Below are positions 25,264-37,100 of a DNA stretch of 40,644 nucleotides, one piece after another. The stretch lies in the NCBI GenBank assembly GCA_031371425.1, contig JANMJO010000109.1, positions 1 to 40,644 on the forward strand, given 5' to 3'. A program made the translations under genes and the position numbers. Below the pieces are notes generated by a model. That model was not told the DNA's origin. It did not search any database and was given only the letters and a program-made list of their open reading frames with translations. Numbering within the stretch: the first letter of the stretch is position 1; every line of letters starts with the position of its first letter. The DNA comes from Verrucomicrobiales bacterium (GTDB lineage: Bacteria > Verrucomicrobiota > Verrucomicrobiia > Limisphaerales > JAFMIX01).

Positions 25264-28110
25264 ATGAAGCAATCAATTTTGACCATTCTGCTGGGCGTGG
25301 TGCTGGCGCAGGGCGCGTGGGGCACGAGCGCCCTGTATGAAAACCACGGCACCGTGTTGAGCCCGCCCGACACCGCGCCGCAGGTGGACGCGACTAATTT
25401 CCTCAACACCGGCGACTTCAGCATCAGCTTCGGTCTGCCGCAGCAGTTCATCACCGCCAACACGCGGAATTACACCAACACCGGCTCGATGACCGCGGAT
25501 TACGGATTTGATTTTGAGACCTATCTCGATACCGGCGACCCGTTCATGGCATCGAGCTTTTTCAACTCCGGCACGATCAACAGCGGGAGTGGTTTTGGTT
25601 TCGGGATCAGCTTTTTCGGCGGCGGATTGCAGACGATCATTTCCGCGACCAACCTCGACAATCCCGGCAACATCAACATGGATAACAACAGCACGCTCAA
25701 GATGAGCGGGCAGAAGGTGGACCTGACCCGCGGCCAGTTCATCATGGCCTCGCAGAATATCTTTTTTGGAAGCGACCCTTCGGTGTTCAGTCTGGACTAT
25801 GGCGTCGGCCAGTGCCCGGTCACCAACGGTTTGTCGTGGAATCCGAGCACCGCTTTGACCGCGTTTTTTGCTTCCTCGGCCATTTTCACCAACCACACGC
25901 GGTTACAGCAGAGCCTGTTTCTGACGGCGACACCGTATTTTGACGTGAAGCAAACTGGCCCGAGCAACTTTGTCATCCGTGGCGTTTTTCTCCAGAGCGC
26001 GAATTCCAACGTCACCACCACGGTCTTCCTCAATCAAAACTTCGGGCCCGGTCTTGGCCGCGGGAACATCGAATGGTCAGGGCCATATACCGATCCGCAG
26101 ACCGGCGTGATCACAACCAATTATTTTTATCTGGCGGACGTCATGGACAGGACGACGAATGCCTCCGGCATTCCGGACGGTTTCACGTTTGGCCAGAGCT
26201 TGGGCACATCCCTCTTCGCCGGTGTGCCGACTCTTGCCGGCATGGTGACCGTCCCCGGTGTGCCCGGCACGTTCCTTCCCGGCAACGTGACCAACACCTA
26301 TGCCTACACAAGTGTGCAGGCGCTGCCCACCTCCGTGAAGCCCTTCAGCAACACCGAAGTTTACCTGACCAATCTGGCAGGCCGGATTGAGATTTCCGCC
26401 ACCAGCAATCTGGACATGACGCTCGCGCAAATCACCGGCGCGAATTACATCTCCCTGCAAAGCCCCGTCCAGTTCAGCGGCAACATCGGCGCTCAGATCA
26501 GCGCGCCCTTCGCCAGCATCAACGTCGGCGTCACCAACGGAAACCTCACCGCCTCCAACCTCCTCTCCGCCTCGCTGCCGAAGTGGATTGGAACGGTCCA
26601 AGCCTGGAACACGCAGTGGTTCGCCACTGTCAATGGGACCAATCTGGATTACCGGATATTGCTGGTGAATAGCGACCTCGCCCCCAGTTCCGCCGCGCAG
26701 ACGGTGAATCTCGCGCTGCACACCACCACCAACCTCATCATCAGCGACGCCTATAACGTCATCAACAGTTTCACCACGGAAGCGCAGCGCCTCACGCTCA
26801 CGACCAACGGCTACGGCAACGGCGCGCAGTCGGTGGACGGCGAACTGAATCTGCAACCCGCGACCTTCTCCTGGGCGGCGGCGACGCCGAATCTGCGCTG
26901 GCTCACCAACTACGGCGCCATCCGCATCCCGAATACCGTGGTCCAGTCTTTCGGCAGCGGACAGCCCGGCGGAAGCTATCACGTCCTCATCAACAACGGC
27001 GTCATCGCGGATCAGGGCGCAACAGTTTGGGCCGACACCTTCGACAACGGCGGCATCTTCACCAACGGCGGCGGCGGCGGGTTCACACTCCATTCGCTGA
27101 ACGCGACCGTGACCAACGGCACCATCACCGCTGGCAGTGACATGTCCATCACCAGCAGCACGCTCATCACCAGCAACTCGGTCTTGCAGGCAAGCCGTTC
27201 GCTGACGCTGCGCGTGACGAACCTTCTGACCGATCTCGGCGCGGGCAACGGCAACCGCTGGTCGGTGGGCAACTCCAACGGCTCCGCAGCGTGCAGCCTC
27301 TCGCTGCCCATCAAACCCGTCGCTGGCGACTTGCTCGGAACAGTCATCACCAACACCGCGCCTGCCGCGACGAAGAAGTTCCCCACGTTTTGGGCCGGTG
27401 AGGATCGCGGCGTGACCGTGGCCGGCTTCACCAACAACGCCGCCATCGGCCGCTTGGTTCTGGATGCGCTCGGGCCGAACAGCCTCTTCACCTTCAGCGG
27501 CCCCGGAGTGACCAACGCGCTGTATGTGGACCGCTTGGAATTATTGAACTACGCCGCCAGCCACGACGGCTCCTACAATTTCCCCGGGTTGAGCCTCACG
27601 AACGTGGTGATTTATTACGCGCAGGCGGTAATCAGCGGCGTGTCCGTCGCGCAAAAGATGAACCACAAGAACAACGACCATTTGCGCTGGGTGGCCGGGT
27701 ATGCGGGCTTCTTCAGCTCCACCAATCTCGTCTATGGCGGCACGACCAACACCGTCAACGCCGCTCTCGCCCAGGACAAGGTGATTGACTCCGACGGCGA
27801 CGGCACGCCGAATTTTTACGATCCGACACCGTTCTTCCTGGCCAGCCAGGTGAATTTGTCCATCACGCTTACGAACACGCCCACTCCGGCGGCGCTGCTG
27901 CAATGGACGACCATTCCGCTGGCGACGAACTGCCTTTATTTCAAGACGAACCTGTCTTTGCCCGGCTGGCAACTGCTGACCAACTTCCCCTCCACGCCGC
28001 CGCTGCCCTACAACTCCCCGCCGGCCACAGTCAGCGTGTTGGATCTTTTGACCGGTGTGCCGCATTACTATCAGGTCATCGTGCAGCCGTGGCTGACGTA
28101 TCCGTATTAA
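25264..28110 (+). CDS. Secreted Thr/Asn-rich beta-strand (beta-helix-like) protein with a DxDGDG motif and C-terminal domain
   Basis: Signal peptide MKQSILTILLGVVLAQGAWG; FxNxGxI-type repeats; DSDGDGTPNFYDPTP; C-terminal LQW...LYFKTNL..PGW...YYQV. The ORF could start at 25222. Confidence 0.8.
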   Translation: MKQSILTILLGVVLAQGAWGTSALYENHGTVLSPPDTAPQVDATNFLNTGDFSISFGLPQQFITANTRNYTNTGSMTADYGFDFETYLDTGDPFMASSFFNSGTINSGSGFGFGISFFGGGLQTIISATNLDNPGNINMDNNSTLKMSGQKVDLTRGQFIMASQNIFFGSDPSVFSLDYGVGQCPVTNGLSWNPSTALTAFFASSAIFTNHTRLQQSLFLTATPYFDVKQTGPSNFVIRGVFLQSANSNVTTTVFLNQNFGPGLGRGNIEWSGPYTDPQTGVITTNYFYLADVMDRTTNASGIPDGFTFGQSLGTSLFAGVPTLAGMVTVPGVPGTFLPGNVTNTYAYTSVQALPTSVKPFSNTEVYLTNLAGRIEISATSNLDMTLAQITGANYISLQSPVQFSGNIGAQISAPFASINVGVTNGNLTASNLLSASLPKWIGTVQAWNTQWFATVNGTNLDYRILLVNSDLAPSSAAQTVNLALHTTTNLIISDAYNVINSFTTEAQRLTLTTNGYGNGAQSVDGELNLQPATFSWAAATPNLRWLTNYGAIRIPNTVVQSFGSGQPGGSYHVLINNGVIADQGATVWADTFDNGGIFTNGGGGGFTLHSLNATVTNGTITAGSDMSITSSTLITSNSVLQASRSLTLRVTNLLTDLGAGNGNRWSVGNSNGSAACSLSLPIKPVAGDLLGTVITNTAPAATKKFPTFWAGEDRGVTVAGFTNNAAIGRLVLDALGPNSLFTFSGPGVTNALYVDRLELLNYAASHDGSYNFPGLSLTNVVIYYAQAVISGVSVAQKMNHKNNDHLRWVAGYAGFFSSTNLVYGGTTNTVNAALAQDKVIDSDGDGTPNFYDPTPFFLASQVNLSITLTNTPTPAALLQWTTIPLATNCLYFKTNLSLPGWQLLTNFPSTPPLPYNSPPATVSVLDLLTGVPHYYQVIVQPWLTYPY

Positions 28111-28185
28111 TCTGGGACGAATAGCGAAATTTTTTAAACTGCAACCTGCGCAGCCATGCGGCGGCCGGGCGAACGGAGAAATATT

Positions 28186-31100
28186 GTGAAAGAAAAAATG
28201 AGATTTATCGGGTTGAGACTGCAAAGGCTCATCAGAGGCACGAGTGCGCTCATGGGGTCGCTGCTGGTGCTCGCGGGAATGACCGCCACCGCGTTCGGAC
28301 AGGCCGAGACAAAGATTTTGTTCGCCGCCAAGCCTACCATCGCGGACACCACCTACGAGTTCTACCTCATCAAGACCAACGGCACGGGACTGTTTCGCAT
28401 GACCATGGACGGCACGGATAAGATTTGCCCCGCAGTCTCGCCCGACAACACCACGCTGGCGTATCTCCGGAACGATTTGCCTGCGCCCAACATTGAGATC
28501 ATCCCGGTCAGTGGCGGTGCCCCTTACACCGTGCCCATTACGAATTATGCTTACGCGCTCCAATGGGGTGATAACCAGACGCTCTACTATCTTTCCCCCG
28601 ACGGTATTGCCAACGGCTATCGGCTTTGGAAGACCGATACCAACGGCAATGGTAACAGAGTTGTGTTCACCAATGTGCTCGATGATTTATTCGCGGCCTC
28701 CTATGCGTTCCATCTGGACCGCACGACGGGCAAGGCCTACATCCCCAACCTCAACCCCGCCATTGAGAGCCGGATTTATTATGGGACAGTCACATCAAAC
28801 CGTCTGACTGGTTTCATCCCCTTCACGACCACGCTGGGCGATGAATTCGATCCCGGCCTTTCCCCCGATGGCAACCGCATTGCGTTCGGCGCAGACGTCC
28901 TTTTCGATGGCGAGCAGGCGCTCTGGGTGGCCAACACCGCCGGCGGCGCCGCCGCCGCCATTGCGAACTCCAAGTATGCGGGCAATCCCGCGTGGATTGA
29001 CAACTCCACGCTCGTCTTCACCAAGGCTACCGCCTCGACCTTTGCCAACAGCTACTACGAGGGAAACATCGTCCGCGTCAAACAGAACGGCACTGGCATG
29101 TCATCGCTTACCTCTGGCACGGTCGTCTCCGGGCGCTGCGCCTTCCCATGTATCATCGTCACGACCAACGGCGCTCCCCCTCCGGGCGGCGACAATGATT
29201 ACTTCACCAACGCCATCGTCATTGAAGGACTTTCCGGGACGGTGGCCGGCACCAACACCGCCGCGACGCTGGAAGCTGGCGAACCCGACTTCATCAACGC
29301 CGATGATTTCTCCGGAGTGGACAAATCTATTTGGTATCAGTGGACGGCGCCAGCGAGCGGCGTGGTCTCCTTCGATACCTTCGGCAGCGGCTTTGACACG
29401 GTGCTCGCCGTTTATACGAACACGCCGGACATCGCCAACCTCGTGGCTGCGAACAATGACTATCTTTCCCTAATTGTTCCCCAGAGTTGGTTGACTTTCA
29501 CGGTGGTGGAAGGCACGACCTATTTTATTTCCGTCAACGGCAATAGCCTGCCGGCGCCGGGCTATTCCGATTCCGGCAATGTCATCCTCAACTGGCTGGA
29601 GACCGTGCCGAACATTGAGTCGGGCACATTCAAGTTCACGGCAGCCAATTATGTCGTGAGCGACAATGAATCCTTTTCACCATTTGACGCCAGTTTGTTC
29701 CCCAGCATCGTCGGTGCGCGGGTGACGGTGACCCGCACGAATGGTTTTAGCGGACGCGTGCTTGTTCCCTACACCGTGACCAATTACAGCACCTTCGCTT
29801 TCAGTAACAACGTAAGCGGAGTGCTGGTCTTTGACGACCACCAGATGAGCGCAGACATCATCGTGGATATTTTCAGTCTTCTGACAACTAACACCAGCAT
29901 AGGGACGAACCCTCCCATTACCCTTGCGGCTCCGGGGACAATTGACGTCACGCTGGATACGCCGACTTTGGATCTGCTGGAATCGACCGATTTGCTTCCG
30001 CCGGTTCTGACTGTGGTGACGAATACGCAAGTAACCGTAGTAAGCGCCGTGTATCCGCCCAGCGAGGTTGACCGCGCCGCTTCGCTGCCTTATTTCAACA
30101 TTGAACGGGCCACATTTCGTACGCCTGAAGGAAATATCGGCGCCACAATTCTTGTGTATCCCAGTCGCGCTCCTTCCGGTGGCTCTACATATACGCTTAA
30201 TTACGCCGTGGATCATCACGTCTCTTTGACCGATCTCCTCGGTCCAAACAATACGTTCACACTTCAGGCCGGTTCTGATTATGCCACGCCGACCACCGAT
30301 TTCACTGATGTCACCAGCGGCACTCTGACGTGGGAATCCGGCGATGGTTTTCCGAAGGAAATCAACCTTCCCATCGCCCAAGATAGCAACCCAGAATTCA
30401 ATGAGGACTTTGAAATTGAGCTGTATAATCCATTGGATATAAGCACCGCTCCTCCTACGGTGCTTGCGCTCGGTCAGGTGAACACGGCCACCATGACCAT
30501 CCTCTTTGACGACCAGCCCGCCGGCGCGGTGGATCGGACTTGGAATGTGGAAGGCACCTCCTCCTCCGTTCCGCCGAACCTGACTTATCCCGGCACACAG
30601 GGCGGCGTGAGCGACAGCGCCAACGGCAACGGCGGCACCGTCTATGCCACCGCAGTCCAACCGGACGGGAAGTCTATCGTCGCAGGCAGCTTCATCGCGT
30701 TCGACTCGAACCCCTACAACCGCATCGTGCGGTTGCTGAACAACGGCTATCAGGACGCAACCTTCCTCGCCGCGCCGAACAGCGGTGCGAATGACTTCAT
30801 CGCCGCGCTCGCCTTGCAGCCGGACGGCAAGATACTCATCGGCGGCGCGTTCACCTCCTTCAACGGCGCGAACCGCTACCACATCGCCCGGCTGAACGCC
30901 AACGGTTCGGTGGACAACGCCTTCAATCCCGGCCTCGGCGTGAATGGCATGGTGTGGGCGCTCGCTCGGCAGGCCAACGGCAAGATTGTCATCGCCGGCG
31001 AGTTCACCTCGGTGAACGGCACCAACTGCAACTCCGTTGCACGCCTGAACGCGAACGGCTCTTTGGACACCAGCTTCAACCCGGGCGTGGGCCCGAACGG

Positions 31101-34100
31101 AATCGTGAAAGCGGTGGCGGTGGATGGCGCGGGGCGGGTTTCCATCGGCGGTTATTTCACCCGCGTGGCCGGTTTGGTGCGCGGCGGCGTGGCGCGGCTG
31201 AATGCGGATGGCACGTTGGACGCGAGCTTTGATCCCGGCATCGGCAACTACAACCCGGACACCGGCAACACGGACCCGGTCAACGCGCTGGCCTTGCAGT
31301 CCGATGGCAAACTGCTGGCGGGCGGCTCCTTCGCGTATGTCCAGTTGAACCCCATCAACGGCATCGCTCGCTTCAATACGGACGGCACGGTGGACACCAG
31401 CTTCAGCACCGGCGGCAGCGTCAATGGCACTCACAACCCCGTTATCGGCGTGGCCGACAGTGTCAACGCGATCACTTTGCAAACCGACGGGACGATTTTG
31501 ATTGGCGGCGATTTCATCAGCATCAACCAGACGCGTCGCGTGGGCATCGCGCGGTTGTTCGGCGATGGCAGTGTGGACACGACCTTCATGGACACGGCCT
31601 ACAACCAGTTCGCCGGCGTGATCAACCACTATCACAATCCCGACGCCGTGAACCTTTTGGATTATCCACAGGGCAACCACCGTAATTCCATCAACGCCAT
31701 CGCAGTCGAGCCAGGGACGAACAGCAACGTCATTATCGGCGGCAACTTCTTGGTCGTCGGCGGTGGTTCATTTGCTCATTCCGGATTTTTGGCGCGCGAT
31801 GGAGACTCCGGAATCGTGGACAATGGACGCATGGACATTCATCCGCGCAGCAACGTGGCGCGGCTTATCGGCAGTGGCACGCCCGGCCCCGGCAACATCG
31901 AGTTTTCCTACGACGCCTACTCCGTCGGCAAGAGCGATGGCTCGCTCTACGTCTCGCTCGTCCGCACCAACGGCAGCCTCGGCATCATCGGGGCGTCGCT
32001 CTCCGCGCCGCCCGGACCGGACGGCCAACCGGGCATCGCCAACATCCCTGCCGATTTCACGACGGGAAATTCAGAGCCTACCTGGAACACCCGTTGGTCC
32101 ACCCCCGGCTGGATGAAAAGCGATTGTTACTTTGGCCCGAACTACAACCTGACGCTGGGTGACTCCACGCCCGGCGTTGGCTCCGGCGTCATTTTTGGCA
32201 TCAGCAACAACGGCAACATCACCGGCAACCTGAATGCGAATCTGGCGTTGGCTGCGCCCAAGCCCTTCGACTTCTTCCTCGGCGGCGAACTGATTCCGCT
32301 GGGCGTGGCGATGGGCGCGAAGCAGGCGTCAGCGCTGACGATCATTGATCCCAACTTTAAGGCGGGCACATTCGGTTTCAGCGCGGCGGCCTACACCGTC
32401 AATCAAAGTTCCAACGCCGTCACCATCACCGTCACGCGCACCAACGGCAACCACGGCGCCGTGCAGATCAGCTACGCCACCTTCAACGGCACGGCCACCA
32501 GCCCCGCCAACTACACCGCCGTGGGCGGCACCCTGACCTTCAACCAAGGCGACATCAGCAAGAGCTTCACCGTGCCGATCATCCCTAGCACCGTCAACCA
32601 GCCCGACAAGACCGTTAACCTCCGACTCTTTGGCATCACCGGCGGCGGCCAGACCGGGCTGACCAACGCCGTGCTCACCATCGTGAACAACGTCTTCGGC
32701 GCAGGCCACATCACCTTCGCCTTCCCCACCAACACCGCGAGCGAGACCGCCGGCACCGCCCCCATCGTCCTCAACCGCCTCGGCGCTGGCAGTGGCACGC
32801 TCGATGTCACCATGATCTCCAGCGACATCACCGCCACCAACGGCGTGAACTATGTGCGTTCGACCAACGTCGTCCATTGGAACAACCTCGATGTCTCCCC
32901 CAAGACCGTCAATGTCACCGTCCTTCACGACGGCAATTTCACCCCCAGCCTGACCGTCAAACTCCGGCTCACGAACGGCCTGGTCAATAATTTAGCCAAC
33001 GCGAACGTCTTGGGTCTCTCCACCCTCACCAACTCTACACTCGTCATCGCCAACGCGGATTTCCCCGGCACCGTGCAGTTCACCGCCGCCGCTTACTCCG
33101 TCAAAAAATACGGCGGCTTCGCTCTCATCCCCGTCATCCGCACCGGCGGCAGCGCCGGCACAGTGACCGTGGACTACACCACCGTGAACGGCACCGCCTC
33201 AAGCCCCGCCAACTACACCGCCACCAACGGCGTCCTGACCTTCGCCGCCGGCGAGGTGAGCAAATACATCAAGGTCCCCATCATAGACGACGGCAGCGGC
33301 GCGGGTCTGCAGGCGCTCGGCGTGACTTTGAGCAACGCCTTGCCCGCCTCCGCCCTCGGCAGCATCAGCAACACCGTCCTCAACATCATTGACTCCGCCA
33401 CCGTCAACGAGCCGCCCGGTTCGGAAGACGTCACCTACAGCCCGCTCTCCGGGTTTAACGGCAACGTCTTCACCCTCGCGCTACAGGTGAACAACCAACT
33501 CCTCGTCGGCGGCGAATTCACCATGGCCAACGGCGTCCCCCGCCAGCACCTCGCGCGCCTCAACGAAAACGGCACCCTCGACGCCACGTTCGGCTTGCCC
33601 TCCTCCTCCATGGTCGCCAACGACTCCGTCCGCACGCTCGCCATCCAGACCGATGGCCGCATCTTGGTCGGCGGCCATTTCACCACCTTCAACAACATCG
33701 CCCGCAGCCGCATCGCGCGGCTCAACTACGATGGCTCGCTCGACAGCCTCTTTGATCCCGGCTCCGGCGCGGACAATCCCGTGTTCGCGCTCGGCGAAAC
33801 TTTTGTGAACGGCGCGCGGAAAGTCATCATCGGCGGCGCGTTTGCCCGCCTCAACGGTGTGACTTTCAATAGCATTGGCCGGCTCAACGACGACGGCACG
33901 CCCGACACCACCTTCAACCCCGCCGGTCTGGGCGCGAACTCCACCGTGTATGCCCTCGCGGTGCAGACGGACGGAAAAATCATCATCGGCGGCGACTTCA
34001 CCGCCGTCAACGGCACCGCCCTGAACCACATCGCCCGCTTGAACGCGGATGGTTCGGTGGATAACACCTTCACCAACGCCGTCGCCAACGCCGCCGCGGG

Positions 34101-37100
34101 GGCGAACGATTCCGTGCGCGCCATCAGTCTCCAGCTCGATGGCAGCATCCTCATCGGCGGCCTGTTCACCAGCGTGAACGGCACCCCGCGCAGCCACATC
34201 GCCCGCCTCAACAGCGCCGACGGCTCGCTCGACAACACCTTCAACCCCGGCGCCGGGCTGGATGACGCGGTGCTCGCGATTTCATTGCAGGCGGATGGAC
34301 GCATCGTGCTGGGCGGGACATTCACCCATTGCAACGGCGTCAGTCGCAATCGCCTCACGCGGCTGAACCCCGATGGCTCGGTGGACCCGACCATCAACTT
34401 CGGCACCGGAGCTGACGCGTATGTGGGCGCCGTCGTGGTGCAGAAGGGAACGATCGTGGGTTATCCTCCCACCGTGCCGGACGAAAAGATCATCATCGGC
34501 GGCGGGTTCACCCATTACAACGGCGCGGCGCACGATCATCTGGCGCGGATTTACGGCGGGTCCATCGGCGGCTCGGGCGCGTTCGAGTTCTCCATGCCCG
34601 ACTATCAGGCGGATGAGAACGCCACGAACGTATTCATCACCGTCATCCGCACGGGCGGCACGAGCGGCACGAATGCGGACGGCTCTGGAAATATCCTCGT
34701 GCACTTCACCACCGCCAACGGCACGGCGCAGGCGGGAACGAATTATACTGCGGTGGACACCTACCTTGTTTTCCCCGCCGGCGAAGTGCAGCAGACACTG
34801 GCCGTGGCGGTCATGGACGACTTCATCATCACGCCGAACCTGACGGTCAATCTGGACATTGTCCCGCAGTTGCCCGCCACCCCCGGCTACCAACCGACCG
34901 CAGTGCTGACCATCGTCAACACCGACAGCGCGATTCAATTCACTTCGGCCACGTACCAAGTGCCCAAGAACGTCATCAACAGCCTCGCCCAGATTGGCGT
35001 CGTCCGCGCCGGCAGTTCGGTCGGCACCGCCACGGTGGTCTTCAACACCACCACCAACGGCACCGCGTTGGTGGGCACGGATTACCAGCCGCGCACCAAC
35101 ATACTCATCACCTTCGCCCCCGGCGTCACACAGCAGATCGTGACCGTGCCGGTCGTCAACAACAACCTCCCCGAAGGCAACCAGACTGTGACCATGACAT
35201 TGAGCAATGTCTTCGGCTCGCTCCTCTCTGCGCCGTCGAACGCCGTGCTGACCATCATTGATACCGTCAATGCGCCCGGCCAGTTCCTTTTCTCCGCCAC
35301 CAATTACAACGTCAGCGAAGGCGGCGGCGTGGGCTTCACCAGCACGGCCATCACCGTGCTCCGCACGAACGGCGCGACAGGGATTGTCACCGTCCACTAC
35401 GCCACCACCAACGGCACGGCAGCGGCAGGGATTAAATACATCGCCACCTCCGGCGTGCTGACTTTCGGCGATGGCGAAATAAGCAAGACCTTCACCGTCC
35501 CCGTGTTCAACACCGCCACCATCGAATCCAATCAGAACTTCTTCGTGTCCTTGTTCACCACCTCGGGTGGCGCGGGCCTCACCGCCCCGACGAATGCCAT
35601 GGTCACGATTCTCAACACGAACGCCGGCATCATTTTCGCCGCAGCCACAAACACGTTCAACGAAAACGCCGGCGTGGCTCTCATCAATGTCGTCCGCTAC
35701 AACAACACCCACGGCATCGCCACGGTGAACTACGGCACCACCAACGGCACGGCGCAGGCGGGCGTGAACTTTTTCGCCACCAGCGGCACACTCACCTTCA
35801 ACGATGGCGCGTCTCTGGCGTCCATCACCGTCCCGCTGATTTACAACACGAACGTCACTGGCAACCTGACCTTCAATGTGGGTCTCTCCAGCCCCAGCGC
35901 GGGCACGCAGGTCGGAAACCCCGGCGTCACCAGCATCGTGCTGCGCGATGTGGATGCGGGCTTGAGCTTCACCACCTCCAGCGTCTCCGTCCTCAAGAAC
36001 GCCGGCAGCCTCGTCATCCCCGTCATCCGCTCCGCCACAAACTCCGGGCTGGTCACTGTGGATTACACCACCCAGGACGGCACGGCGCAGGCCGGAGTTG
36101 ATTACACGTTCACGCACGGCACGCTGGTGTTCAGCAATGGCGTCGCCACGAACACCTTCACCGTGCCCATCAGCAACAACGGCCTCGTGAACGGCGACCA
36201 CGCGTTCACCGTGAAGTTGTCCAACCCCTCCGGCACTGGCCGCATCGTTTCGCCGAGCACCGAGACGGTGACGATCATTGACAGCAACCCCGGCCTCCGT
36301 TTCTCCAGCCCCACCTACAGCGTGTTCAAGACCGGCGGTCAGGCCATCATCAACGTCCAACGCATTGACTTTACCAACACCGTGACTTCGGTGAATTACC
36401 TCGTCACCAACGGCACCGCCATCGCGGGCACGCACTTCATCTCCAGCAGCGGCACGCTCGTCTTCACCAACGGCGTCACCAACCAATCCTTCACCGTGGC
36501 AATCATCGGCACCACCACCGTCCAGCCCGACTTGGTGGTGCTGCTGGAATTGAGCAGCCCCGTCAACGGCATCCTCATTCCGCCGAGTGCGGCCACGCTG
36601 ACCATTCATGACGACACCGGCAGCTACGTCATCCCCGCCGGCGCCGCTATGGTTTCCGAGTCGGGTGCGGGCGCGCCCAACGACATCATTGATTCCAACG
36701 AGACCGTCACCGTGCAGTTCGCCTTACGCGTCGCGGGCGGCACGAACGTAGCCAACCTGATCGCCACGCTGCTCCCCGGCGGCGGCGGCGTGACGCCGGT
36801 CAACCCGGTCACGGCCACCTACGGCGCGCTGGCGTATCGCGGTCACTCGGTCTCGCGGCCGTTCACCTTCATGGCGCAAGGCACGAACACGCAGCAGATC
36901 ACCGCCACGTTCCGGCTTCAGAACGGAGTGAACGACATCGGCAACGCGATCTTCGGCTTCACAATCGGCAGCTCGGCGAGATCGTTCTCGAACACCGCCG
37001 CCATCACGATCTTCGACAACGCTGCGGCCTCGCCGTATCCGTCCATCATCAACGTCAGCGGCGTGGGCGGCACGCTGATCAAGGCCACGGTGACGCTCAC

